Shown here in pieces: positions 48,191 to 62,882 of a DNA stretch of 64,000 bases. This DNA comes from Schmidtea polychroa (Eukaryota): NCBI GenBank assembly GCA_044892525.1, contig CM097885.1, positions 29,576,001 through 29,640,000 of the forward strand, read 5' to 3'. A program made the translations under genes and the position numbers. Numbering within the stretch: the first letter of the stretch is position 1; each line of letters begins with the position of its first letter. The notes below the pieces were generated by a model. It made no database searches. It was not told where the DNA came from and saw nothing but the letters and a program-made list of their open reading frames with translations.

Positions 48191-51077
48191 TCAACAATCA
48201 GATTCCAACAACGATCATGTATTTTTAACTAGGTGCTGACAAATAAGTACCAAATACTTTCAACGTGATACCACGTACTAACTCTCAAACAACCAGATAC
48301 TTACAACTAACTACTTACAATCAACTAAATATTTTTTATTGTATTTTATGAAATGCTTTTTAAAATTAATAATTTTAATTACAATCAGTAGAAAAACCTT
48401 TTCAAATTTAACAAAAAATGTTGATTTTCATCAAAAAAACCACAACTCATCACCACGTGAAATTCAAAATAATTTAAATGAAAGACTAATGAATTCTAAT
48501 TTACAAAACATTCTTCTTTTAATTGATAACTTATTATCGCAATGTAAAAATCGCATTCAATAAATACTTATTGTTGATCAGTTTTATTATATATACTCTG
48601 AGTTTATCCGACAGGATGTTTTGAACCCCTAAGGGTACAGGTCGTAAGGATACAGGTCGTAAGGGTATTAGTCGTAAGGGTACTGGTCGTAAAGGTACTA
48701 GTCGTAGGGGTATTGATCACTCTCAATCCCCACCTACCCATTAAGTAGTTACTATCAATCAGCTAACAACTAGATACCATGTACTAACAACCACCATCAA
48801 AACCCATCGAGAAATTAACAAATATCAACCTACAACTAGATACATACAACCAGATACCTGCTACCAAGTACCAAGTACTAACAACCAACTACTTACAACC
48901 AACAACTATGTACTAACAAATTGATCTTTAAAAGCAAATACTCATCACTTGAAAAATTAGATGGAAAATTAATTGAACTCAAGGCATCAATAACTTGATA
49001 AAAATTGATTAAATTATTGTAAAAAATTTAAATTATTCGAAATAAATATCATAAAAATTTAATTAATGGACAAGAAAAAATTCTAATCATCCAATAAATA
49101 AAAAAAATGCTGATCATTCAAGTTGAATCAACTAAGATAATAAATTAATAAGATAAGATCTAGTAGATAATTGATTTAGATTGAATAAATTATTTGAAAT
49201 AAAATTTATTTTAAGTATTTTTTTAAAAGTAATACATGTACTCAAATCTATTTACTAATTCCTCAATATATTCAAAAAATCAGTATGAATTCATTAAAAT
49301 TATCAAAGTCAGCAATCTACAATAAAAATAATTATCATTAAATTCCAAAAGAGACTAGATAACTAATGATAACATCTAACAAACCAGTAAATTCATTTAA
49401 ATAATTGGTATATTCAAGCGAATTCTCTAATAAAATCATCTAAAAAGCATCAAATTTCCCTGAAATATATCAATATTTAAAGATTGGTATCTTATCGATA
49501 AGTACTTGTTAAAGATCATATATTCACCTCGAACTAACAAGATTCCTTAAAATCCCTCAAATGACTATATTTCTACCCTTAATTCGTATTATTACAAATA
49601 TTTCACTAAAATCATCTAAAAAGCATCAAATTTCCCTGAAATAACTATATCTTTAAAGATTAGTATTTTATCGATAAATATCCTTAAAAGGTTATATATT
49701 TACCTCTGACTAATAAGATTGCTTTAATTCCTATTATCACGAATATTTCCTTATAAAACATGTAAAATCATTAACCCTAAAGAATTTATAAAATCTAATG
49801 ACAAAACCGGTTATAATAAAATTTTTGTTAATCACTGTAAATTTTTGTAAATCACTGTACTCGAAATTTAAAATATATATAACTGACTAGGTCCCATTAA
49901 AAGATTAAATTTATCCATTCAATAAAATATATTTCTTCAAATGATCATTTTACCGATATTCAACCGATTTAATTACTAATTAAAATCAAGATTTCTTCCA
50001 ATAAAGATCAATTTTATTTAGTTGTCGATGTTTTAAATCAATATTTCTAAACTTTTGTCGTTGTCCGTCTAAATAAAGATAAAAATAATTTAAAGCTGAT
50101 ATCAATCCCAATTATCTGTAAAGTTTTCATCGTCAAAACCAAGTAAATCGATCATTATCCCTACTTAATAAAACATTGTTCTAAAATAATTTACTGTGCA
50201 TTAATCACAACCTAATAAAACGATATAATTATTATTGATTCATAACTGACTAATGTATTGCAATTTCCTTAAAAAACATTGATATTTTACCAACATCACC
50301 CTTAAAAAATCATATATTCCCATCGAAACCCTTCCCTCATTAAAAGCAACCGACTATATCTCCCTCACAATAATATATTCCCATCTTAACCCATCTCACA
50401 TTAAATCTAACCGACTATATCCCCTTAAAAGATCATATATTCCCATCTTAACCCATCCCTCATTAAATTTAATAACCGACAATATCCCATCTTATCCGAT
50501 CTCTCAGCAAATATTTCTACCCTTTTAAACATCTAACCGAATATATCCTTCAATTCTACCCACTTGAATCCTCCTTTAATTCAATTCAGTCTTAAAATCT
50601 TTAAAGAACTTCAAAAATATGACTTAATTGTTATAGACACCAAATATTCTTCCATTGAAATAATTTAGTAGCTATGTAGTAAGAGTTCACTAAAAGATCA
50701 AAAATCAATATTTTCTACAAATATTTACCATCAAATACTGGAGATGATATATATTGATTGATCATAATTCTTCATCGATTCAACCAATCATTTTCAAGCA
50801 ATAACAGCAAACTACAATCATTTTCAAGTAAGTTAACTGGTTTCTTAGCTTATGTTTTTTAAAGTTCATCAATGAGTAAATATTCTTAGAAAAATATTGA
50901 AAACATTATTTAGTCAAATACATTACAAAGTTATCATCAAAAATCACTTAATTATTAACCTAATTGTCAATGAAATTAATTTTTATTTAAAAACTATTCA
51001 ATAAAATACAACTAATTATCAAGAAATTAATTAAATTTATCATAGAACTAACTTTAAATATTCATTCAATAAACATG

Positions 51078-51255
51078 AAATTCACAAAAAACGATAAAAA
51101 TTCACAAGAATGATAGAAATTCACAAAAAACGATAAAAATTCACAAGAATGATAGAAATTCACAAGAATGATAAAAATCCACAAGAATAATAGAAATTCA
51201 CAAGAATGATAGAAATTCATAAAAATGATAGAAATTCACAAAAAAGATAGAAATT
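51078..51255. repeat. 19-20-bp tandem repeat AAATTCACAAGAATGATAG; mirror 53760-53937
   Basis: Direct reading. Confidence 0.9.
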
Positions 51256-54200
51256 TACTTGAATAAAACCATCAACTCTAAAAATTATCAATGAATGCCT
51301 TATACAAATTTGCCTAAATAATCATTCAAATAAAAACATTAAATACCTTTACAACTAATACCCTTGCGACATGTTGAATGTGAGTAGTACCCTTGTGAGC
51401 AATACCCATAGGGGGGACAGAATATTTTGTCGGATAAACTCAGAGTATATATTAATTAACTCATTTTTCATTGAATTAGTCAAATTATCATAAATTTCGA
51501 TAAAAAATCTAAAGTGGTAAGCAATGTAAAGAGAAATATTCTTTAAACTTTGATAAAATTAACAATGAAGGTGGTAAGAATCTTCATTAAAGTGAGTAAA
51601 TTACTCGATGATAAATTCAAATGGGTGAAAATAATTGGTAGAATAATTCATTAATGGAGGTAAATAATGAGAAGTGGCATGGATAACATGAAGGTTGATA
51701 AGAATGGAAGTATATTAATTTATTTAAAATTATTTCATAAAATTCATAAATTTAATAAAAAAAAAAACTTTTAAGACAAATATTTGTGGGGAATAATTAA
51801 TCAAAATCGGGGGGATATTAGTGATTAATTAATGGAAAATAGAGAATCGGGGAATATAAGTGAATAATTAATGGAAATTCTAGGGAATACAAATGATTAA
51901 ATAGTGGAAATCGGGGGAATATAAGTTATAATAATTAGTGGGGTATTGAGAATCGGTGGAATATAAGTGAGAAGGATATGTAATTTAAACTATTTTATTA
52001 CATAACAAGCCATGACTAGTTTATTGCATAACAAGCTGTGAACGGGATTTTACCAACATTTTACCTAGTATTGAATTTAATTTTTATTGTATTTTTAAAT
52101 TGTATATATTTTCAATATCATTCTATTGTTTTATTCCAATAATAAGTTTAAAAAGTATATAATGATTAATAAATTAATATCGTGTTAACATTTATTTGAG
52201 AATTTAAAAAACTTTACTTAAAATTTAGTGAAATATTTAATTTTGATTGTATTTTATAAGACATATATTTGAGTATTAACTTATTTTGATTGAAGTATTA
52301 TATTCAATATTATGATGATTTTTTTTTCTAAATTAAAATATTTTAGTGTAAAATAGTAAATTTAATAATGAATAGAATACAATATTAAAGGACTTTTTAA
52401 AAAGAAAAATTACTTTCTATTACCTAATTCCATCATTAAGTTTAAGAAGTCTATAACTGTTAATAAATCAATTTCTTATTCACATTTTCTTATAAAATTT
52501 ATATTTTTAAATTTAGTGTAAAGAATTTAATTTTAATTGTATTTTATAAGTCATTTATTTGAATATTTATCTTATTTTTATTGAAAGGAGTAATATAATT
52601 AATAATATGATAATTGTTTTTGAAATATTTAGTGTAGAATAATAAATTTATTAATAAATAATTATTACAATATTAAAGGACTTATACAACAAAATTTTTG
52701 TCTTATTCCATAAAAAAGTTTTAAAGTATATAACTGGTAATAAATTAATTTCTTATTTAAATTTATTTAAAAAAGCTTTACTTATAAAATTTGTATTTTC
52801 TAAGATATATATTTGAATATTCAACTTATTTTGAATGAAAAGGGTAATATATATTATTTTCTTTTATGATAATTGTTTTTGAAATACATAATGTAAATTA
52901 AAACATTTTAGTATTAATTAGTTATTATTTTAGAATTTATTTTTGTCAAAAATTTAAAAAAAAATAAGACCATTCACAGCTTGTTATGTAATAAACTAGT
53001 CACGGCTTGTTATGTAATAAACTAGTTTAAATTACATATCCTTCTCACTTATATTCCACCGATTCTCAATACCCCACTAATTATTATAACTTATATTCCC
53101 CCGATTTCCACTATTTAATCATTTGTATTCCCTAGAATTTCCATTAATTATTCACTTATATTCCCCGATTCTCTATTTTCCATTAATTAATCACTAATAT
53201 CCCCCCGATTTTGATTAATTATTCCCCACAAATATTTGTCTTAAAAGTTTTTTTTTTATTAAATTTATGAATTTTATGAAATAATTTTAAATAAATTAAT
53301 ATACTTCCATTCTTATCAACCTTCATGTTATCCATGCCACTTCTCATTATTTACCTCCATTAATGAATTATTCTACCAATTATTTTCACCCATTTGAATT
53401 TATCATCGAGTAATTTACTCACTTTAATGAAGATTCTTACCACCTTCATTGTTAATTTTATCAAAGTTTAAAGAATATTTCTCTTTACATTGCTTACCAC
53501 TTTAGATTTTTTATCGAAATTTATGATAATTTGACTAATTCAATGAAAAATGAGTTAATTAATATATACTCTGAGTTTATCCGACAAAATATTCTGTCCC
53601 CCCTATGGGTATTGCTCACAAGGGTACTACTCACATTCAACATGTCGCAAGGGTATTAGTTGTAAAGGTATTTAATGTTTTTATTTGAATGATTATTTAG
53701 GCAAATTTGTATAAGGCATTCATTGATAATTTTTAGAGTTGATGGTTTTATTCAAGTAAATTTCTATCTTTTTTGTGAATTTCTATCATTTTTATGAATT
53801 TCTATCATTCTTGTGAATTTCTATTATTCTTGTGGATTTTTATCATTCTTGTGAATTTCTATCATTCTTGTGAATTTTTATCGTTTTTTGTGAATTTCTA
53901 TCATTCTTGTGAATTTTTATCGTTTTTTGTGAATTTCATGTTTATTGAATGAATATTTAAAGTTAGTTCTATGATAAATTTAATTAATTTCTTGATAATT
54001 AGTTGTATTTTATTGAATAGTTTTTAAATAAAAATTAATTTCATTGACAATTAGGTTAATAATTAAGTGATTTTTGATGATAACTTTGTAATGTATTTGA
54101 CTAAATAATGTTTTCAATATTTTTCTAAGAATATTTACTCATTGATGAACTTTAAAAAACATAAGCTAAGAAACCAGTTAACTTACTTGAAAATGATTGT

Positions 54201-56822
54201 AGTTTGCTGTTATTGCTTGAAAATGATTGGTTGAATCGATGAAGAATTATGATCAATCAATATATATCATCTCCAGTATTTGATGGTAAATATTTGTAGA
54301 AAATATTGATTTTTGATCTTTTAGTGAACTCTTACTACATAGCTACTAAATTATTTCAATGGAAGAATATTTGGTGTCTATAACAATTAAGTCATATTTT
54401 TGAAGTTCTTTAAAGATTTTAAGACTGAATTGAATTAAAGGAGGATTCAAGTGGGTAGAATTGAAGGATATATTCGGTTAGATGTTTAAAAGGGTAGAAA
54501 TATTTGCTGAGAGATCGGATAAGATGGGATATTGTCGGTTATTAAATTTAATGAGGGATGGGTTAAGATGGGAATATATGATCTTTTAAGGGGATATAGT
54601 CGGTTAGATTTAATGTGAGATGGGTTAAGATGGGAATATATTATTGTGAGGGAGATATAGTCGGTTGCTTTTAATGAGGGAAGGGTTTCGATGGGAATAT
54701 ATGATTTTTTAAGGGTGATGTTGGTAAAATATCAATGTTTTTTAAGGAAATTGCAATACATTAGTCAGTTATGAATCAATAATAATTATATCGTTTTATT
54801 AGGTTGTGATTAATGCACAGTAAATTATTTTAGAACAATGTTTTATTAAGTAGGGATAATGATCGATTTACTTGGTTTTGACGATGAAAACTTTACAGAT
54901 AATTGGGATTGATATCAGCTTTAAATTATTTTTATCTTTATTTAGACGGACAACGACAAAAGTTTAGAAATATTGATTTAAAACATCGACAACTAAATAA
55001 AATTGATCTTTATTGGAAGAAATCTTGATTTTAATTAGTAATTAAATCGGTTGAATATCGGTAAAATGATCATTTGAAGAAATATATTTTATTGAATGGA
55101 TAAATTTAATCTTTTAATGGGACCTAGTCAGTTATATATATTTTAAATTTCGAGTACAGTGATTTACAAAAATTTACAGTGATTAACAAAAATTTTATTA
55201 TAACCGGTTTTGTCATTAGATTTTATAAATTCTTTAGGGTTAATGATTTTACATGTTTTATAAGGAAATATTCGTGATAATAGGAATTAAAGCAATCTTA
55301 TTAGTCAGAGGTAAATATATAACCTTTTAAGGATATTTATCGATAAAATACTAATCTTTAAAGATATAGTTATTTCAGGGAAATTTGATGCTTTTTAGAT
55401 GATTTTAGTGAAATATTTGTAATAATACGAATTAAGGGTAGAAATATAGTCATTTGAGGGATTTTAAGGAATCTTGTTAGTTCGAGGTGAATATATGATC
55501 TTTAACAAGTACTTATCGATAAGATACCAATCTTTAAATATTGATATATTTCAGGGAAATTTGATGCTTTTTAGATGATTTTATTAGAGAATTCGCTTGA
55601 ATATACCAATTATTTAAATGAATTTACTGGTTTGTTAGATGTTATCATTAGTTATCTAGTCTCTTTTGGAATTTAATGATAATTATTTTTATTGTAGATT
55701 GCTGACTTTGATAATTTTAATGAATTCATACTGATTTTTTGAATATATTGAGGAATTAGTAAATAGATTTGAGTACATGTATTACTTTTAAAAAATACTT
55801 AAAATAAATTTTATTTCAAATAATTTATTCAATCTAAATCAATTATCTACTAGATCTTATCTTATTAATTTATTATCTTAGTTGATTCAACTTGAATGAT
55901 CAGCATTTTTTTTATTTATTGGATGATTAGAATTTTTTCTTGTCCATTAATTAAATTTTTATGATATTTATTTCGAATAATTTAAATTTTTTACAATAAT
56001 TTAATCAATTTTTATCAAGTTATTGATGCCTTGAGTTCAATTAATTTTCCATCTAATTTTTCAAGTGATGAGTATTTGCTTTTAAAGATCAATTTGTTAG
56101 TACATAGTTGTTGGTTGTAAGTAGTTGGTTGTTAGTACTTGGTACTTGGTAGCAGGTATCTGGTTGTATGTATCTAGTTGTAGGTTGATATTTGTTAATT
56201 TCTCGATGGGTTTTGATGGTGGTTGTTAGTACATGGTATCTAGTTGTTAGCTGATTGATAGTAACTACTTAATGGGTAGGTGGGGATTGAGAGTGATCAA
56301 TACCCCTACGACTAGTACCTTTACGACCAGTACCCTTACGACTAATACCCTTACGACCTGTATCCTTACGACCTGTACCCTTAGGGGTTCAAAACATCCT
56401 GTCGGATAAACTCAGAGTATATATAATAAAACTGATCAACAATAAGTATTTATTGAATGCGATTTTTACATTGCGATAATAAGTTATCAATTAAAAGAAG
56501 AATGTTTTGTAAATTAGAATTCATTAGTCTTTCATTTAAATTATTTTGAATTTCACGTGGTGATGAGTTGTGGTTTTTTTGATGAAAATCAACATTTTTT
56601 GTTAAATTTGAAAAGGTTTTTCTACTGATTGTAATTAAAATTATTAATTTTAAAAAGCATTTCATAAAATACAATAAAAAATATTTAGTTGATTGTAAGT
56701 AGTTAGTTGTAAGTATCTGGTTGTTTGAGAGTTAGTACGTGGTATCACGTTGAAAGTATTTGGTACTTATTTGTCAGCACCTAGTTAAAAATACATGATC
56801 GTTGTTGGAATCTGATTGTTGA

Positions 56823-56882
<60 letters not shown>

Positions 56883-59800
56883 ATTATTATTATTATAATT
56901 ATTATTATTATTATTCCATTAAAATTTCCATTAAAATTTTCATTATAAATTACATTTCTCAAAAAAGTTGGTGGTTATTCAATCTTTTGATAATAAATTT
57001 AAAAATCTTACTTTAGCTTTAATTTAAAATTTGAACCATTGGATACTTAATTTTAAATTTTGAACCATTGTTTTCTTTAATTTAAAATTTTTAACTTTAA
57101 TTTACTTATCCTTAATTTACCTAATTACTCTTTATTTCTTAATTTTACACCATAATTTACTTAACAACTAATTATAACCCTTATTTTCATATTTAACCAA
57201 TAATTTCATGTGGTCATCTGGTTGTAAGTGTTTGGTATCTAGTTGACAGTGCTTTGTACTTGTTATCTAGTTGTTAGTACTTGGTTGATAATGCTTAGTT
57301 ATTGGTTGTATGTACTTGGTATCTAGTTGTTAGTAACTAGTTGTAGGTAATTAATGCTTAGTACCTGGTATCTAGTTGTTAGCTGGTTGTTAGTACTTAG
57401 TTGTTGGTTGTAAGTAGTAGGTATCTGGTAGTTAGTTGTTAGCTGGTTGTTGGTTGTTAGTACTTGGTAGCTAGTTGTTAGCTGGTAGTTAGTACTTAGT
57501 ATCTAGTACCTAGTTGGTTGGTTGTTGGTACTTGGTATCTGGTTGATAGTTGGTTGTTAGTACTTGGTAGGTGGTTGGTTGTAGGTACTTAGTAGTTGGT
57601 TAATAATGCTTAGTACCTGGTTATTGTTGGTTGTGAGTACTTGGTATCTAGTTGTTAGTTTTTTGCTGGTTGTTGGTACTTAGTAGGTGGTTGTAGGTAC
57701 TTAGTATCAGGTAACTGGTTGTTAGCTGGTTGTAACTAGTTAATAGGTAGGTGGTTGTTGGTAATTAATGCTTAGTACCTGGTTGATGTTGGTTGTTAGT
57801 ACTTGGTAGGTGGTTGGTTGTTAGTACTTAGTAGTTGGTTAATAATGCTTAGTACCTGGTTGTTGTTGGTTGTGAGTACTTGGTATCTAGTTGTTAGTTT
57901 TTAGCTGGTTGTTGGTACTTAGTAGGTGGTTGTAGGTACTTAGTATCAGGTAACTGGTTGTTAGCTGGTTGTAACTAGTTAATAGGTAGGTGGTTGTAAG
58001 TACTTGGTAGGTTGTAAGTAGTTGGTTGATTTTTTAGATTTTGATAAGAAGATATTGTATTTGATGAAGAATATTTTGTATTTAATTGCAATTATTTTTA
58101 TGTGTTGTTAGTTGATTGTTGGTACTTGGTATCTGGTTGATAGTTGGTTGTTAGTACTTGGTAGGTGGTTGGTTGTTAGTACTTAGTAGTTGGTTAATAA
58201 TGCTTAGTACCTAGTTGTTGTTGGTTGTTAGTACTTAGTATCTAGTTGTTAGTATCTAGTTGTAGGTATCTGGTTGTAACTACATGTTCGTAAGTTACTG
58301 GTTGTTGGTACTAAGTTGTTAGTTTGTTGTTGAATTATTAATAAAATTTGTCTTTGAAAAATATTTCATTAAAATTTTCATTAAAAATTATCTTAAAAAT
58401 TTCCATCTAAAATTATCATTGAAAAATATTTCATAAAAATTTCCATTAAAAATTACTTAAAAAAATATTCCATAAAAATTTCCATTAAAAATTACCATTG
58501 AAAATTTTCATTAAAAAAATTTCAATTCTCAAACACCTTCTATTATTTCAACTTTTTGTTAATAAATTTAAAAATCTTACTTTAATTTACATATTACATT
58601 ACTTATTTAAATATTATTACTTTAATTTAATTTTTTTACCATTGATTACTTAATTTTTAAATTTGGACCATAATTTACTTTAATTTAATTTTTTAGAACC
58701 ATAATTTACTGTAATTTAATTTTTTTAGAACCATAATTTACTTTAATTTAATTTTTAGAACCATAATTTACTTTAATTTAATTTTTTAGAACCATTATTT
58801 ACTGTAATTTGAAAAATTTGAGCCATTATTTACTTTAATTGAAAAATCTGAGCATATTAATTACTTTAATTCGAAAATATGAACCTTAATTTAATTTTTT
58901 AGGACCATAATTAACTTTAATTTAATTTTTTAGGACCATTATTTACTTTAATTTAAAATTTTGAACCTTAATTTAGTTATTTGAGCCCATTCATTACTTT
59001 AATTGAAAAATCTAAGCCCATAATTTACTTTAATTCAAAAATTTGGACCATAATTTACTGTAATTTAAAAATCTTAGTCCATAATTTACTGTAATTCAAT
59101 TTTTTTTAGACCATAATTTACTGTAATATAATTTTTTAGAACCATAATTTACTGTAATTTAATTTTTTAGGACCATAATTACCTTATTTGAAAAATTTGA
59201 ACCATAATTTACTTTAATTGAAAAATTTGGACCATAATTTACTGTAATTTAAAAATCTTAGTCCATAATTTACTGTAATTCAATTTTTAGAACCATAATT
59301 TACTTTAATTTTAAAAAATTTACCACGTTTTTTAGTGTAGACCACATATTTCTCAGGACCAAGGAGACCCACCTTAATTTAATTCGAAAAATCCATGCTT
59401 TTTTATTGATAGTCGGATTTTTGTATTGAAAATATCCTGAGACCTTAAATTACCATGCTTTTTTAGTGAGACCGCCTTTTTGTATTGAAAATATCATGAG
59501 ACCTTAAATTACCATGCTTTTTTATTGATAGTCGGATTTTTGTATTGAAAATATCATGAGACCTTAAATTACCATGCTTTTTTATTGAAGACCAGCTTTT
59601 GTATTGAAAATATCCTAAGACCTTAAATTACCATGCTTTTTTAGTGAAGACCAGTTTTTGTATTGAAAATATCCTGAGACCTTAAATTACCATGCTTTTT
59701 TATTGATAGTCGGATTTTTGTATTGAAAATATCATGAGACCTTAAATTACCATGCTTTTTTAGTGTAGACCAGCTTTTTGTATTGAAAATATCCTGAGAC

Positions 59801-60538
59801 CTTAAATTACCACGTTTTTTTAGTGTAGACCACCTATTTCTCAGGACCAAGGAGACTCACCTCACTATAGTCTGAAAAATCCTTGGCTTTTTTAGTGGTA
59901 GTCGGATTTTTGTATTGAAAATATCCTGAGACCTTAAATTACCACGTTTTTTTTTAGTGTAGACCACCTATTTCTCAGGACCAAGGAGACTCACCTCACT
60001 ATAGTCTGAAAAATCCTTGGCTCTTTTAGTGATAGTAGGATTTTTGTATAGAAAAAAATTTTTCGTATTGAAAATCCCAGGACCATCGAGACCCCCTCAC
60101 TATAGTGTGAATAATCCTTGGCTTTTTTAGTGGTAGTCGGATTTTTGTATAGAAAAAAATTTTTTGTATTGAAAATCCCAGGACCATCGAGACCTCCTCA
60201 CTATAGTGTGAATAATCCTTGGCTTTTTTAGTGGTAGTCGGATTTTTGTATAGAAAAAATTTTATTTGTATTGAAAATCCCAGGACCATCGAGACCCCCT
60301 CACTATAGTGTGAATAATCCTTGACTTTTTTATTGATAGTAGGATTTTTGTATAGAAATTCCCAGGACCATCAAGACCCTCTCACTATAGTGTGATAAAA
60401 AAAAATTTGGACCAAAAATCCCTGAAAGCAAAAAAATGAGTTGGGAACAATTGCGTAATAAAAATTTGGGAACAAACCCCCCCCCCCCGGGGGGGGGGGG
60501 TAATTGTTCCCGTAGGCCACTATCTACCTACTTATGGT

Positions 60539-61435
60539 GAATTAACAGGTTGGATTCCTGATGTTAATAAAGGGGATTTAGATAAAGATGGTTTAGATAT
60601 AAATTATGGTTACCATAAAAGAGCTGAACTTTATAAATCTAAAAGATTTGAAGGTTATTTTGAATTAAAACACTTATTTGGATTCCTTCAAAATTATAAC
60701 CGTGTACTTCATAATGTTTTTATAGAATTCATCTGTAATAGACTAGAAGGTGATAAAAGATTGTTCTATGGAGCTGCAGATACAAAAGCTAAATTAAAAT
60801 TATCAACACTTGAATTGCATATACCTGAATGGACATTAAACCCACATTCTGAAATCAAACTCCTTGAAAGATTAAATTCCAACAAGTCTATAAATGTAAA
60901 TTATTTAAATAGAATCTGTAGTGAATTTAGTATGACAGAGGGTTCAACATATTCTATAAAGGTAACAAATTTAGCATACCGACCAAGATATATCTTGATT
61001 GGATTCAAAGACACAGATTCATCTTTCCAAAAAAATAACAACCTATTTATTCAAAAGATTGAAAATGATAATTTAAAAACAATCCAAATTCAATTAAATA
61101 GTTCTTATTATCCAATAAATAGAATGGAATTTAATATTGAAAATAATGAAAACATATTCCCATATCTAAATTATATTGAAACATGTTATGATTTCAAAGT
61201 TGAACCGCAATTAAGTTTAGAAGATTTCAAAATTTTATATTCTATATTTTGTATAAATGTTTCAGACCAAGATGATCGCCTAGCCATAAATAATGTTGAT
61301 GTTACACTTCATGTAACAAAGGATTCTAATTTTAAAGCTAAAGTATATACATTAATATTAGAAGAAAAGAAAATAGAAATGAAATTATATGGCGGAAAGA
61401 TTTCAATTATTGAAAATGTTAGGGGAGATTCTTGA
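60539..61435 (+). pseudogene. Polinton 2 major capsid protein, 3' part
   Basis: Open frame from 60539: ELTGWIPD..LKHLFGFLQNYNRVL..LELHIPEWTLN..RPRYILIGF..LNSSYYP..YSIFCINVS. Confidence 0.88.
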
Positions 61436-61464
61436 TATAATCCCTGATATTTTAACATTTTAAA

Positions 61465-62871
61465 ATGTCTTTAAATAAACCCTATTGGAGATGCGAAACT
61501 TGTAATTGTCAAGTTACAAAACACCATAAAGCAAGTCATCTTAAAACTAAAAAACATACGAGAGTTGATATTACAGGAGGTGATCTACAATCTTCAAAAA
61601 CAACATCTTCAATATTAAAACCTTTTACTACAGAAAAATATCTAGGTGACAGACATTTATTTAAACACAATTATACTGGGCCAGGAACAAGATTAGATAT
61701 TAGATTAGATGAAAATAATAATCCTAAACAAGGAGAAGAACCAATAAATAGAATCGACCAAGCAGCTTTAAAACATGATATTGCTTACAATTCAACAAAT
61801 CTTAGAGATAGACATGTTGCAGATGTGAATTTAATACATGATTTAAATAATATACAAAATCCATCAACCCAAGAAAAGATTCAAAGAGCTCTAGTTAAAT
61901 TAGCAATGAAAGGTAAGATTTTCATAGGCTTAGGACACAGTCCGATCACCATGGGTGCCAGACTTCCTAGGAAAGCAAAAGATGTTGCTAATAAAAAGAT
62001 TATCGAACAAGCAGAGATTGAAAGATCCCTCGAGAGTACAGCTAAGACTAGTTTACAAACCCCAACAGAATCAGAAATAAAATATGCCAACGAATTACAC
62101 CATGAATTTAGAAAAAATAAAAAATATTTAAAAGTTCAAGTACATGAAAAAGATCAAACATGGTCTGCTGACTTAGTCTTTATGCCAACCAAATCATCAG
62201 ACCCTGAAAAATATAAAATAATTTTAACTATTATAGATTTATATACAAGATTTGCTTTTGCAAGATGTTTAGAAAATAAAACAGGATATTCTATTACAGA
62301 AGCATTTGAAAATATATTTGAACAACATCAAAGAATTCCAAAATATTTATGGTGTGATAAAGGAACAGAATTTTATAACAAAGTTTTTACAAAGTTTTTA
62401 AATGAAAATGATATTAAATTATATTCAACAGAAAACGAAGGAAAAGCAGTCGTAGTTGAAAGATTAAATAGAACATTAAAAAATAAAATGTGGAAATATT
62501 TTACTGCTATTGGAAAACAAAAATGGAACAATGAATTGTTACAAATGATTGTAAATGAATATAATAATGATGTACATAGTTCTATAAAATTAACACCTTT
62601 AAATGCTTCCATGAAGCCTGAAACCATTAAAGTGGTAAATATTGAAAATGATGTTATTGAAAAACCAAAGTTTAAAATTGGTGACCGAGTAAGAATATTT
62701 AAATATAAAAATAAATTTGAAAAAGGATTCACAGCAAAATGGACAAATGAAATTTTTATTATAAATAAAATACATTATACAACTCCAATAACATATAGCA
62801 TCATTGATTTAAATAATGAAAAAATATTAGGTAGATTTTATAATAATGAACTACAGAAAACAGATTTTTAA
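61465..62871 (+). CDS. Zinc finger - parvovirus-type PLA2 - rve integrase fusion
   Basis: CETCN..HLKTKKH, ITGG, NYTGPG..IDQAALKHDIAY..RHVAD, WSADLVFM, WCDKGTEF, VERLNRTLK, FKIGDRVRI. Confidence 0.93.
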   Translation: MSLNKPYWRCETCNCQVTKHHKASHLKTKKHTRVDITGGDLQSSKTTSSILKPFTTEKYLGDRHLFKHNYTGPGTRLDIRLDENNNPKQGEEPINRIDQAALKHDIAYNSTNLRDRHVADVNLIHDLNNIQNPSTQEKIQRALVKLAMKGKIFIGLGHSPITMGARLPRKAKDVANKKIIEQAEIERSLESTAKTSLQTPTESEIKYANELHHEFRKNKKYLKVQVHEKDQTWSADLVFMPTKSSDPEKYKIILTIIDLYTRFAFARCLENKTGYSITEAFENIFEQHQRIPKYLWCDKGTEFYNKVFTKFLNENDIKLYSTENEGKAVVVERLNRTLKNKMWKYFTAIGKQKWNNELLQMIVNEYNNDVHSSIKLTPLNASMKPETIKVVNIENDVIEKPKFKIGDRVRIFKYKNKFEKGFTAKWTNEIFIINKIHYTTPITYSIIDLNNEKILGRFYNNELQKTDF

Positions 62872-62882
62872 GTCGACAAGCC

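Larger units (their letters stand above)
44477..60532. mobile_element. 16-kb non-coding palindromic Polinton-like non-autonomous element
   Basis: Ends AGTAGGTAGATAGTGGCC / GGCCACTATCTACCTACT. 6-bp TSD TATGGT at 44471-44476 and 60533-60538. Arms ~44477-52044 and ~52970-60532. No credible ORF. Confidence 0.93.

Noticed and set aside
44723..48563. Short ORFs inside the non-coding palindrome and their mirrors
   Set aside because: Derived from repeats or AT-rich chance frames, with no motifs.
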